Below are positions 1 to 7,710 of a stretch of 64,000 bases of DNA, piece by piece (within the stretch, counting starts at the first letter, position 1; each line of letters starts with the position of its first letter). The notes under the pieces are model-generated. The model made no database searches and was not told the DNA's origin. It saw only the letters and a list, made by a program, of their open reading frames with translations. Source of the DNA: Bacteriovoracaceae bacterium UBA4097 (GTDB lineage Bacteria > Bdellovibrionota > Bacteriovoracia > Bacteriovoracales > Bacteriovoracaceae); NCBI GenBank assembly GCA_002381765.1, contig DFXX01000037.1, forward strand, positions 223-64,222. Direction: 5' to 3'. A program made the translations under genes and the position numbers.

Positions 1-30
1 AGGAAAAGACGAGGACGAAAGAAAAAGGAA

Positions 31-345
31 ATGAATGAAGATATCAGTTCAACCAAGGAACAGAACAAATTTTTCATTGATGTTAGCAAAGATATTGAAA
101 GCAAGGAGATGTTTCTAAGCCTTCTTGCTCAAGCGAATAACAAAAACTATGGACGAGAGATTATCTTAAAGGATCTTGTTTTAGCCTCTCTGCCAAAACT
201 AACAGTGAAGGATATTGAGAAGATTCAAGAAACAAGCCTCAGTGAAATGGAAAAGGTCGAGCGCGCTTTAGATGAGTATAACAAAAAATCTGAAACGAAG
301 CTTTCGATGGGAGAGTTTTTGGTTAAGAAGCTAGGGATTAACTAG
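31..345 (+). CDS. Hypothetical element protein, possibly DNA-binding; may start upstream of window
   Basis: 104-aa ORF; frame is open from base 1 (RKRRGRKKKE precedes the Met); tightly packed with ssb. Confidence 0.6.
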   Translation: MNEDISSTKEQNKFFIDVSKDIESKEMFLSLLAQANNKNYGREIILKDLVLASLPKLTVKDIEKIQETSLSEMEKVERALDEYNKKSETKLSMGEFLVKKLGIN

Positions 346-358
346 GAGGATTCCAATA

Positions 359-661
359 ATGGCAGTAACAAAGATACTATATGGTCGTCTTGGTAAAAAT
401 CCAGAACTTCGTTACACGCCAAAACAGGAGCCTGTCTGCTATTTTTCGTTAGCGGAGATAGTATCAGATCATGAGAGACCTAATTGGCACGATGTGGTTA
501 TCTGGGGAAAACAGGCAGAGCATGCAAGTGTATTCTTAAATAAAGGTTGCAAGGTTTTTGTGCGTGGCCAAAATCGTGAACGTGAGTACAGGACAATTGA
601 GGGCATAACAAAAAGATGTTCTAGTTTTATTGCAGATGATCTTGGTTTCTTATCTTTTTAA
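359..661 (+). CDS. ssb: Single-stranded DNA-binding protein (OB fold only, no long acidic tail)
   Basis: GRLGKNPELRYT, WHDVVIWGKQAE and LNKGCKVFVRG motifs; AGGAGG RBS at ~344-349. Confidence 0.9.
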   Translation: MAVTKILYGRLGKNPELRYTPKQEPVCYFSLAEIVSDHERPNWHDVVIWGKQAEHASVFLNKGCKVFVRGQNREREYRTIEGITKRCSSFIADDLGFLSF

Positions 662-677
662 TTTAGGGAGAGCATTG

Positions 678-935
678 ATGGTAGAAAATTCAGTTATTGC
701 TACTTACTTTCCGAATGAAAAAAAGTATAATATCGGAGAGCAAAAAAATGCTCAGTTCTTTGACAATTCAATATGGTTAACTACAGAAGAAGCAGCATTA
801 TATCTTAGAAAGAAGTCTACCCATGCTCTTAGACAGATGGTTTACAAAGGCAAACTATCTGCTCGAAAGTTTCACGGAAGACTTTACTTCAAAAGGTCTG
901 AACTCCATTCACTCATTGATACTTCATTTTTTTAG
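678..935 (+). CDS. Excisionase-like helix-turn-helix protein (HTH_17)
   Basis: WLTTEEAALYLR...LRQMVYKGKLSARKFHGRLYFKRSEL; directly upstream of integrase; start moved to ATG 678 after GGGAG. Confidence 0.8.
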   Translation: MVENSVIATYFPNEKKYNIGEQKNAQFFDNSIWLTTEEAALYLRKKSTHALRQMVYKGKLSARKFHGRLYFKRSELHSLIDTSFF

Positions 936-944
936 GAGGTATTA

Positions 945-2090
945 ATGGCAATAAGAGAATATGTAAAAGACGGTAAGAAGTTATATAAGGTTTATGTCAA
1001 TGAACGGGGAAAGAAACTTAAGAGGATAAGAATCCAAAGGATCATTTCCGGTCTTGACTCTATAAATGCTGCTCGAAGAGAAGAGAAAAAATTACTCAAA
1101 GAAGTAACAGAAGCAGTTGCAAAGCTTGAAGGTAGAGGGCTTACTTGGTCAGAAATCATTTACCGTTGGGAGATTTCGACAAGAGGTTCTCTAGGATTTG
1201 GGCGATTCAACGTTCACAGCATTGCAGACCATGTTCACCGCTTAGAAAGATACACTGATCTTTGGGCCCTGAAAGTTGCTTCTGACCTTACTAGGGCAGA
1301 CGGCCGCCATGTTATTAACCTTGCAATATCTAAAGGTATTAGCCCGAGTCTTTTAAGAAGAATTAGGAGTTCCATTAATCTTGTCTATACTTGGGGTCTT
1401 GAGGAAGGATTCATTCAGCACAATTCTCTTTCAGGGAAAAGCCCCGTTCATGGTTTAGTAGTAGGTGGTAAGGAGGATAAGGTAAAGCCGATCCTTACTT
1501 TGGATGAAGTTCGGAAGCTGCTCTTGGAAGCTAAAGCTAGAAAACATCCTTGGTATCCTATTTGGGCCATCGCTATTTCAACAGGGATGCGAAGTGGTGA
1601 GCTGCAAGCTTTGGAGTGGGGTGATATAGACGAAAAAAACGGGATCATCCGGGTCTCTAAATCGTTTAACAAGAGAATCAACGGGATGAAGTGTCCAAAA
1701 AATGGAACATGGAGAAACGTTGATATCAACTCCCAGCTCAAAGAACTATTAAAGGAGATTAGGCTTGAACGGGCTCATGAGCAATTTGTCTTGCCTCATT
1801 TTCCAGAATGGAAATATGGTGATGCTGGAAAGGTTTTAAGATTGTTCCTTGAGGGAATAGGGATTAAGAAGAGAGTTGTATTCCATACCCTTAGGGCCTG
1901 TTTTGCCACCCATTTGCTTTCAACAGGAGTAGAGCCTCTGAAAGTCATGCGTATGGGTGGCTGGAGCGATCTTAAGACCTTTCAAATATACCTAAGGCTT
2001 TCTGGAATCGATGTCAAAGGTGTGGCCGAAGCGTTGGATGTTATTCCTTCATCCGATACAACCTTAAATGTCATCCCATTGTTTTCATAG
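945..2090 (+). CDS. Tyrosine recombinase / site-specific integrase
   Basis: TGMRSGEL (catalytic R), KCPKNG (K), FHTLRACFAT (HxxR), GGWS (W), FQIYL (Y); AGGAGG RBS. Confidence 0.95.
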   Translation: MAIREYVKDGKKLYKVYVNERGKKLKRIRIQRIISGLDSINAARREEKKLLKEVTEAVAKLEGRGLTWSEIIYRWEISTRGSLGFGRFNVHSIADHVHRLERYTDLWALKVASDLTRADGRHVINLAISKGISPSLLRRIRSSINLVYTWGLEEGFIQHNSLSGKSPVHGLVVGGKEDKVKPILTLDEVRKLLLEAKARKHPWYPIWAIAISTGMRSGELQALEWGDIDEKNGIIRVSKSFNKRINGMKCPKNGTWRNVDINSQLKELLKEIRLERAHEQFVLPHFPEWKYGDAGKVLRLFLEGIGIKKRVVFHTLRACFATHLLSTGVEPLKVMRMGGWSDLKTFQIYLRLSGIDVKGVAEALDVIPSSDTTLNVIPLFS

Positions 2091-2100
2091 AATTTAGATT

Positions 2101-2129
2101 AGAGGGTTTGCCGTGAGGGTAAGCCCTCT
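2101..2129 (+). terminator. Stem-loop between integrase and cargo gene
   Basis: AGAGGGTTTGCC-GTGAG-GGTAAGCCCTCT pairs over ~12 bp with G-U pairs; no U-tract. Confidence 0.4.
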
Positions 2130-2156
2130 CTTAAAATGTTAAACTCAGGAGATGAG

Positions 2157-3002
2157 ATGCCAACACCAAACACTTACGATAGTTCTAATTTTAAGGGTAT
2201 TCTAGCAAATGCGCCTAATTTATTTCACCAAACAAATATTCGAGCATTGCCTTCAATCTTGAGAAGTCGGAAAATTCTTGCTCCTGGAACACTTTGGGGA
2301 GTTGATCCTGCTACAGCAAATCAATTCTACCAGACCAACTCAACACGATTAGCGAACTTAAAACTTCGTGCGGAACGTGGTTTCGTAGATTATGTTTTTT
2401 GTTCCTTTTCAAATGGATTGCAAGCAGGGCTGAGTCGATATGGTTACGTTTCAATTGAAATAGATAAAAGAATTCTCTTACAAAAAGAAGCCTTCATTTA
2501 TCCTTTCAATTTCGTAACTTCATGGGGGTTAGCGAGGGCAGCAGATAAGTATTCGGACCTTTCGACTTGGAACATGGCCATAAATCTCAGAAATCGTATA
2601 AATATTTCAGAGGTTTTGGTTCGGAGGCAAATCAAGCTCGATCCAAACTGGGTAAGATTTCATTGCTTTAGATCACAAAGTAGCAGAGTAATGGATTTAT
2701 TACGAGAGTCGGGTTATGATTATCCTGTCGAAATTCATGAGAATCCACCGACACATGCGAGATTGACAATGGCACAACTTGAAAGAACAGTTCAGATTGG
2801 TGAAACAGAATACAGAGGTCTTCTAAGTGAAGACGGTAGGTTCATTTCAATTTTCAATTTTGTGGACGAAGACGATTTAGATTACTTAGGACGTTATGAG
2901 ATTGATGATGATGATAATCTGATTGAACATTTCCCTATGACTGGTCGACAAGAGATTGTTGGAAGACTTCTTGAATCCGCTAAAGCTAGATCAGCACTTT
3001 AA
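2157..3002 (+). CDS. DarT-like (DUF4433) ssDNA ADP-ribosyltransferase with acidic C-terminal extension
   Basis: LFHQTNIRALPSIL (DarT YHxTHxxNLxSIL), DYVFCSF (DYVPxYF), SEVLV (AEfLV catalytic Glu), PVEI; start at 2157 after AGGAGA. Confidence 0.65.
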   Translation: MPTPNTYDSSNFKGILANAPNLFHQTNIRALPSILRSRKILAPGTLWGVDPATANQFYQTNSTRLANLKLRAERGFVDYVFCSFSNGLQAGLSRYGYVSIEIDKRILLQKEAFIYPFNFVTSWGLARAADKYSDLSTWNMAINLRNRINISEVLVRRQIKLDPNWVRFHCFRSQSSRVMDLLRESGYDYPVEIHENPPTHARLTMAQLERTVQIGETEYRGLLSEDGRFISIFNFVDEDDLDYLGRYEIDDDDNLIEHFPMTGRQEIVGRLLESAKARSAL

Positions 3003-3094
3003 ATCTCTCTTCGTCTCTGTAGTTGGCTGCTCTTGGCTTTTTATCGGTATAAGTAGTTAAATTGATTTATAAATGGTTTAATCCACCAAATTAT

Positions 3095-3127
3095 AAAAAA
3101 AAGCCGGACTTAGTTCCGGCTTTTTTT
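3095..3127. terminator. Bidirectional rho-independent terminator
   Basis: A-tract-GCCGGA-CTTAGT-TCCGGC-T-tract between convergent genes. Confidence 0.85.
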
Positions 3128-3176
3128 ATGTTCTAATTCTAATCTTTTCTTAGTCTCTGCAAGTCAACCAACAAGT

Positions 3177-3221
3177 CGGCATTTCCACGATTCTAATGCC
3201 CACATCTTTTTTTGTGGGCAT
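3177..3221 (+). other. Possible att site: tmRNA/tRNA 3'-end-like fragment followed by hairpin
   Basis: CGGCATTTCCACGA resembles a tDNA acceptor 3' end; followed by ATGCCCACA/TGTGGGCAT inverted repeat. Confidence 0.3.
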
Positions 3222-3254
3222 CTAAAACTAAGTCGAAGACTCTGTTTCAAAATA

Positions 3255-3800
3255 CTACTGTCTGATTGCGCCAGAATCTTTAGATTTAGATTTCGACTTG
3301 GATCCACCTTCAACTTCCTTACTACCTTCGGAATCATTTATTTTCTTAGGATCATTTTCTGATTCCAGAGATTCAACGATGATCTGAAGAAGGAGTGAAC
3401 TCTGAGCATAAGGCCAGCCATCGATGTGACATCCGAAGATTTCATCTCCAACTTGTTGTGGTGTTTTTTTCGAATCTTTTTCAGCTACAATTTGTTCAAG
3501 ACTGCTACATGCATTGACCACTTCATTTCGAAGTGTCATTTTCTTTGTTTTTCCTAATGTTGTGATTGCGGCCATATACCCTACGAGCTTGATTTTGCTG
3601 GTGGTTTCATAGGACTTTTTTTGTAGCTCTCTTCCTTTCGCCGAGCACATGTAAAAACCTTTAAAATTTCTATCAAGATCTTGATCAGCTGCCTGGAAAG
3701 AGGCCACTAATTTGTTAGTACATTCTTCTTTTATAGATTTTTCCGCGGCAATCACTTGAAGCGTAAGAATTAAAGTGATGATTAGTATAGCGAACTTCAT
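3255..3800 (-). CDS. Secreted hypothetical protein
   Basis: Signal peptide MKFAILIITLILTLQVIA; 4 Cys; low-complexity S/K tail; GGAG RBS. Confidence 0.8.
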   Translation of the reverse strand: MKFAILIITLILTLQVIAAEKSIKEECTNKLVASFQAADQDLDRNFKGFYMCSAKGRELQKKSYETTSKIKLVGYMAAITTLGKTKKMTLRNEVVNACSSLEQIVAEKDSKKTPQQVGDEIFGCHIDGWPYAQSSLLLQIIVESLESENDPKKINDSEGSKEVEGGSKSKSKSKDSGAIRQ

Positions 3801-3827
3801 CAATACTCCGATGTTAGATTTGTTAGC

Positions 3828-3855
3828 TTATCGGAGAGCTATATAAAAAACTTTA
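3828..3855 (-). promoter_or_regulatory. Putative sigma28 (FliA) promoter
   Basis: Minus strand TAAA-N16-TCCGATAA upstream of 3800. Confidence 0.55.
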
Positions 3856-4022
3856 GTTTGTTACTCAAACAATGATGCCTGTAAATCAGTAACGCTTAAT
3901 AGTGGCAGTTAGCCCAATATCTCCACTGGAAGTACTGGACTCTTTAGGTAGGGAAGCCTAGCTAAAGATCATCTATTATTTTTTTCAACTCTTCCGATAG
4001 GAATTTTGCCGTTTCTCTTTTA

Positions 4023-4448
4023 ATGGAGGATGCAAGCGTGCATATTATCTGGTGCCTTTTATTATTATCTTTTTCTTTTTCTGCCTTCTCACAGAGTGGG
4101 GAGTGGTTTGCCCTCGAGTCAAAAGTAATCCTAAAAGATCATGCCACTATCTATGGAAATAAGAAGACCAAGGCTCAGGTTTTGCATAAGGCCTCACCCA
4201 TTAATCCTCTTTTTTCTAATAGTCGAAAAGAAACTTCCCACCATTGCCGACTACTCAGTCGATCGCTGAAAGGATCGATGAAGATGATGAAGAAGAACGG
4301 AGCTGATTATTGTCTGATTACGCCTCAAAACAGTGTCGTGGTTGTGAAAGCTGAAGGAAAAAAACGCATTCTTCATCATTATCAGTTTACCAATGTTACT
4401 CCAGAGGAAATGAATTCTTTCCTCGATAAACAGGGTCTAAAAAAATGA
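4023..4448 (+). CDS. Secreted hypothetical protein
   Basis: Signal peptide ending AFS; true start probably GTG 4038 after GGAGG; overlaps next gene. Confidence 0.75.
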   Translation: MEDASVHIIWCLLLLSFSFSAFSQSGEWFALESKVILKDHATIYGNKKTKAQVLHKASPINPLFSNSRKETSHHCRLLSRSLKGSMKMMKKNGADYCLITPQNSVVVVKAEGKKRILHHYQFTNVTPEEMNSFLDKQGLKK

Positions 4449-6841
4449 AAATACTCCTTGTTTTTTTACTTATCCAGTCTTCCTACGCTCAAGTGGTCCA
4501 ACCTTCAAGTTGTCCCTATCTCATTAAGGATCAGGACTCCTATGATATTCTGAAGAGTACCGAACCGGTTCTCGCTCAGGAACTCCAGCGAATCCAACAG
4601 GAAATGGGGAATGAATCCTCCAAATGTCTTCTTCCACCAATCAATGAAGTTGCTAAATCAGAAATGCTCATTCAATCTCTCGCGCAACAAATGGTTCCAG
4701 CTAAAAACAGTTTTGATGCTCTTTTTCTGGCCGGTCAGAAAGTTAGCTGTACCACCACCGTCACGGGATTTAGGGATGTCATAGATTCCTACAAAAGTTA
4801 CGTTTTAGAGAGTTTTAAGACTCTTCCTAAGGATCCATCACATCTTAAAAGCTATCTTGATTTAGCTGGGAATGATGGAGAAAAAATCAATTCGATTTTC
4901 TATGATTGCCATCGTGAACAAGTTGGTGTGAGTACTGAAATGAGTACATTCTCTTCATGTGTGGATAAGGGGCTATATGGTACTGGTCCAGCAGAGGACT
5001 CTCTAGTATTCCATGTTTGGAATTCAAGTTGTGGACAAGATCTTACTGAGAAATCAGAAATGATTCAAAAGATCCTCAATCAATCTGAATCTGATGCAAA
5101 TAAAAGACAAACGACGGAAGAATTGATCTCTGCTTCTTATAAGCAAATCAGCGCGACTATTGATACTCTTATGAACACCGATCCAAGTTGTCGTTACTCG
5201 GCCCAGTATGCCAATACTGCAAACTCACTGATTACTGCGAGTGTGGGCCTGGGCCAGCAGTTGGGCTCACCGTTTGCCGGTCTTGCCTTGAACTTAGTGG
5301 CCAAGCCTATCTCCATAATGATCAATTCCTTTGCTCAGAAAGATTTGCGCGAAAAAGAGAAGGATCTTAAAGAACTCTACGATAATATCAATAATGTTGA
5401 TAAGCAGAGAAATGAGAAGTTTCTATGTACTATGATCTCAATGCAAAAGCTCAAGTGCGATACTATCAAGGATTACGCTCAAATTAATAAAGCTGAGGAG
5501 TGTGAAGATCCAACGGCCGAGTCAAAGACTGGAGCTGAAATCAACGGCCTTATGAATATTCTTCATTCTATCCGCACCTCACCAGCGGTTAAAACGGCCC
5601 CTCTCAAGACCACAAATATTACGGAGAATAATGCAGGAAATTACTTGAGTGATCTTAATATCGAGCAGATGAGTGAGTTAAGTGACAAACTCTTTAAGAG
5701 TGCGCCAGGGCTTCGACAAATTGGAGGAGAAGAAGACCTCTCTTTTCAGGAATATCTTTTTGGGAAGGATTCATCTCCAGGTATTGTGGATCAGTTAAAT
5801 ATCGATAGCTTCCCATCAATGAGTGATAAGATTAAGCTCAACCGAGAAAAAATCGGGCTTGAAAATTTAAAAAGTGAATTCAGCTCTTTCCGTGAGGGAA
5901 TGAATAAGCTCACTCTAGGAGATTTTTCCCCGCAAAATGCTGCCTCAGTTCTTAATAGCTATAAGAATATTGCTAACCTTTTAAGCGATAAACCCGAGAA
6001 TCCACCCGTGGCCTCACCTCTGCCAGTTGCGGCACCACCGGCCCAGGCACCTTCGACTCAGTCAACACCGACAGGGGGACAACCATCTCAGGCACCGGTC
6101 GCTCAAACAAATCAAGGTACTTCTCAAACGGTCAATGTAGGAGCAAACACGGTCAAAATAAATATTCCTTTTGTTCTCTCTAAATATTATGAACAAATGG
6201 GTGATGGCAGTGATAGTGATCTTTATAAGTACGCTCTAAAAGAAATGAAGACCATCGCCAACACGACGGTGGAAGAAACTAAAACGGTATCGGTTAAAGG
6301 GCTCGCCGTTGCAGATAGATTTAATAATACTGAGAATTATTTTAACTTCATGAGTAGCTACTATTCTCAGGATAAGATTATTGATCCAATGCTGAGTAAA
6401 ATTGATAAACCAAAAAGCATGCACGACGCCTCTCCTGGGGAAAAAGAATTTCATTTTGATGCTAAAGTCCTTCCTGCCTTGAGAGATTGTCTCTTCCTCT
6501 ATCAGCCTGTGATGATGAGTGAGTCTGTTCGTGATGATCGTAAATCTCGTCAAATGGGTAAGGAATATAAAAATAAATGTGAATTTATGTTGAAATGTCA
6601 GACGAAGCTTGGTTTTAATTTGAATCCGCAGAATTTAGCGAATCTGAACTCTTCAACAAATTTCGACGACTATAAGCCTCTGTGTCATATTCAAAAGAAC
6701 TTCAGTTTTATTTTCTCTAAGGCGAGAGTTAACTACATGAATTCGGGAGATGTCTGTGTAGATGACAACGTGGAGCCCTTGAAAACAAAGGTGCTTTCAA
6801 AATTTGATAGATTTATGAGATTTATTAAACTCAGAAAATAG
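4445..6841 (+). CDS. Large secreted Cys-containing helical hypothetical protein
   Basis: 798-aa ORF, signal peptide, internal P/A/Q/T linker, hydrophobic Gly/Ala segment. Confidence 0.85.
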   Translation: MKILLVFLLIQSSYAQVVQPSSCPYLIKDQDSYDILKSTEPVLAQELQRIQQEMGNESSKCLLPPINEVAKSEMLIQSLAQQMVPAKNSFDALFLAGQKVSCTTTVTGFRDVIDSYKSYVLESFKTLPKDPSHLKSYLDLAGNDGEKINSIFYDCHREQVGVSTEMSTFSSCVDKGLYGTGPAEDSLVFHVWNSSCGQDLTEKSEMIQKILNQSESDANKRQTTEELISASYKQISATIDTLMNTDPSCRYSAQYANTANSLITASVGLGQQLGSPFAGLALNLVAKPISIMINSFAQKDLREKEKDLKELYDNINNVDKQRNEKFLCTMISMQKLKCDTIKDYAQINKAEECEDPTAESKTGAEINGLMNILHSIRTSPAVKTAPLKTTNITENNAGNYLSDLNIEQMSELSDKLFKSAPGLRQIGGEEDLSFQEYLFGKDSSPGIVDQLNIDSFPSMSDKIKLNREKIGLENLKSEFSSFREGMNKLTLGDFSPQNAASVLNSYKNIANLLSDKPENPPVASPLPVAAPPAQAPSTQSTPTGGQPSQAPVAQTNQGTSQTVNVGANTVKINIPFVLSKYYEQMGDGSDSDLYKYALKEMKTIANTTVEETKTVSVKGLAVADRFNNTENYFNFMSSYYSQDKIIDPMLSKIDKPKSMHDASPGEKEFHFDAKVLPALRDCLFLYQPVMMSESVRDDRKSRQMGKEYKNKCEFMLKCQTKLGFNLNPQNLANLNSSTNFDDYKPLCHIQKNFSFIFSKARVNYMNSGDVCVDDNVEPLKTKVLSKFDRFMRFIKLRK

Positions 6842-6847
6842 ATATAA

Positions 6848-6881
6848 AATCGAGGACAGGCCAATGGCCGGCCCTCGATTT
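6848..6881. terminator. Hairpin terminator between convergent genes
   Basis: AAATCGAGG-ACAGGCC-AAT-GGCCGGC-CCTCGATTT. Confidence 0.6.
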
Positions 6882-6882
6882 C

Positions 6883-7569
6883 CTAAAACCTATTCTGATA
6901 AAGATAATTATAAGATCTTCCATTCAATACCCGAACATGCAGCAATACACCTTTTGGATGAGAACTTAAGTATGGAACTTTGTACTTAATCACAAAAGGA
7001 GTCGGAATCTCTTCACATAATCCTTCTTGCTTGAAGCGCGGCTTCAGGACAATTACATTCTTCTGGATATCTTCAACGACTTCATGAAACTTTAAACAGT
7101 TCACGGGATTAGTTCCGATGAGTTCGATCTCTCGGGAGTAGTCATTTTCTTTCAGACCCTGGACATTTCCGTAAAGAAAGTCATCCTGAAGAGGAGAGAC
7201 TGCCTTCTTGACTTCGAAGCGTCCTCGTGGATCTTTTACTACTCCCAGAAGAGAAACCTTGTAATGACCTACTGGTAGAATTCCTAAGCGAACTGTTTCA
7301 TTGTAAGGAAGTGATAATTTTTGGCAGTTAGTATTATCTTCTGCCCGGTAAGCATACATCTTGATGATGAAGTTATTTCCTTCTTTAATAACTTCGTGAC
7401 CTGGGCTCTTGTGGCACAGATCCGGAAGGCTGCCATTTACAACGATTTCTACAAGATCATTGTCATCAAAGCCATGAGGTATGTAGAGCTGGCCAGTTAA
7501 CTGCACCTTTGTCATGGCAAGACCAGGAAGAGCAAAGAGCATGGCCGCCAGGATAAAAAGATTTTTCAT
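6883..7569 (-). CDS. Secreted two-domain hypothetical protein
   Basis: Signal peptide from MKNLF (7569) after GGGAG; GFDDNDLVEIVVNGSLPDLC motif; paired Cys. Confidence 0.8.
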   Translation of the reverse strand: MKNLFILAAMLFALPGLAMTKVQLTGQLYIPHGFDDNDLVEIVVNGSLPDLCHKSPGHEVIKEGNNFIIKMYAYRAEDNTNCQKLSLPYNETVRLGILPVGHYKVSLLGVVKDPRGRFEVKKAVSPLQDDFLYGNVQGLKENDYSREIELIGTNPVNCLKFHEVVEDIQKNVIVLKPRFKQEGLCEEIPTPFVIKYKVPYLSSHPKGVLLHVRVLNGRSYNYLYQNRF

Positions 7570-7710
7570 AAATACTCCCTTTTTAGATGGGCGTATCATC
7601 TACTACTGGCAACTCTTTGCTTCTGATTCAAGTCAGACAAAAGAGATGATATTTGTCAGTCTTTTATCGATTGGAGTTTGCTAGCTTCATAAGTATCAAG
7701 GGAGATACTC

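Larger units (their letters stand above)
1..3221. mobile_element. Right end of an integrative element (prophage/satellite/genomic island); left end outside window
   Basis: Co-oriented ssb, HTH excisionase and tyrosine integrase followed by one toxin-like cargo gene, a bidirectional terminator and a possible tDNA 3' fragment with hairpin; boundary is inferred. Confidence 0.7.
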
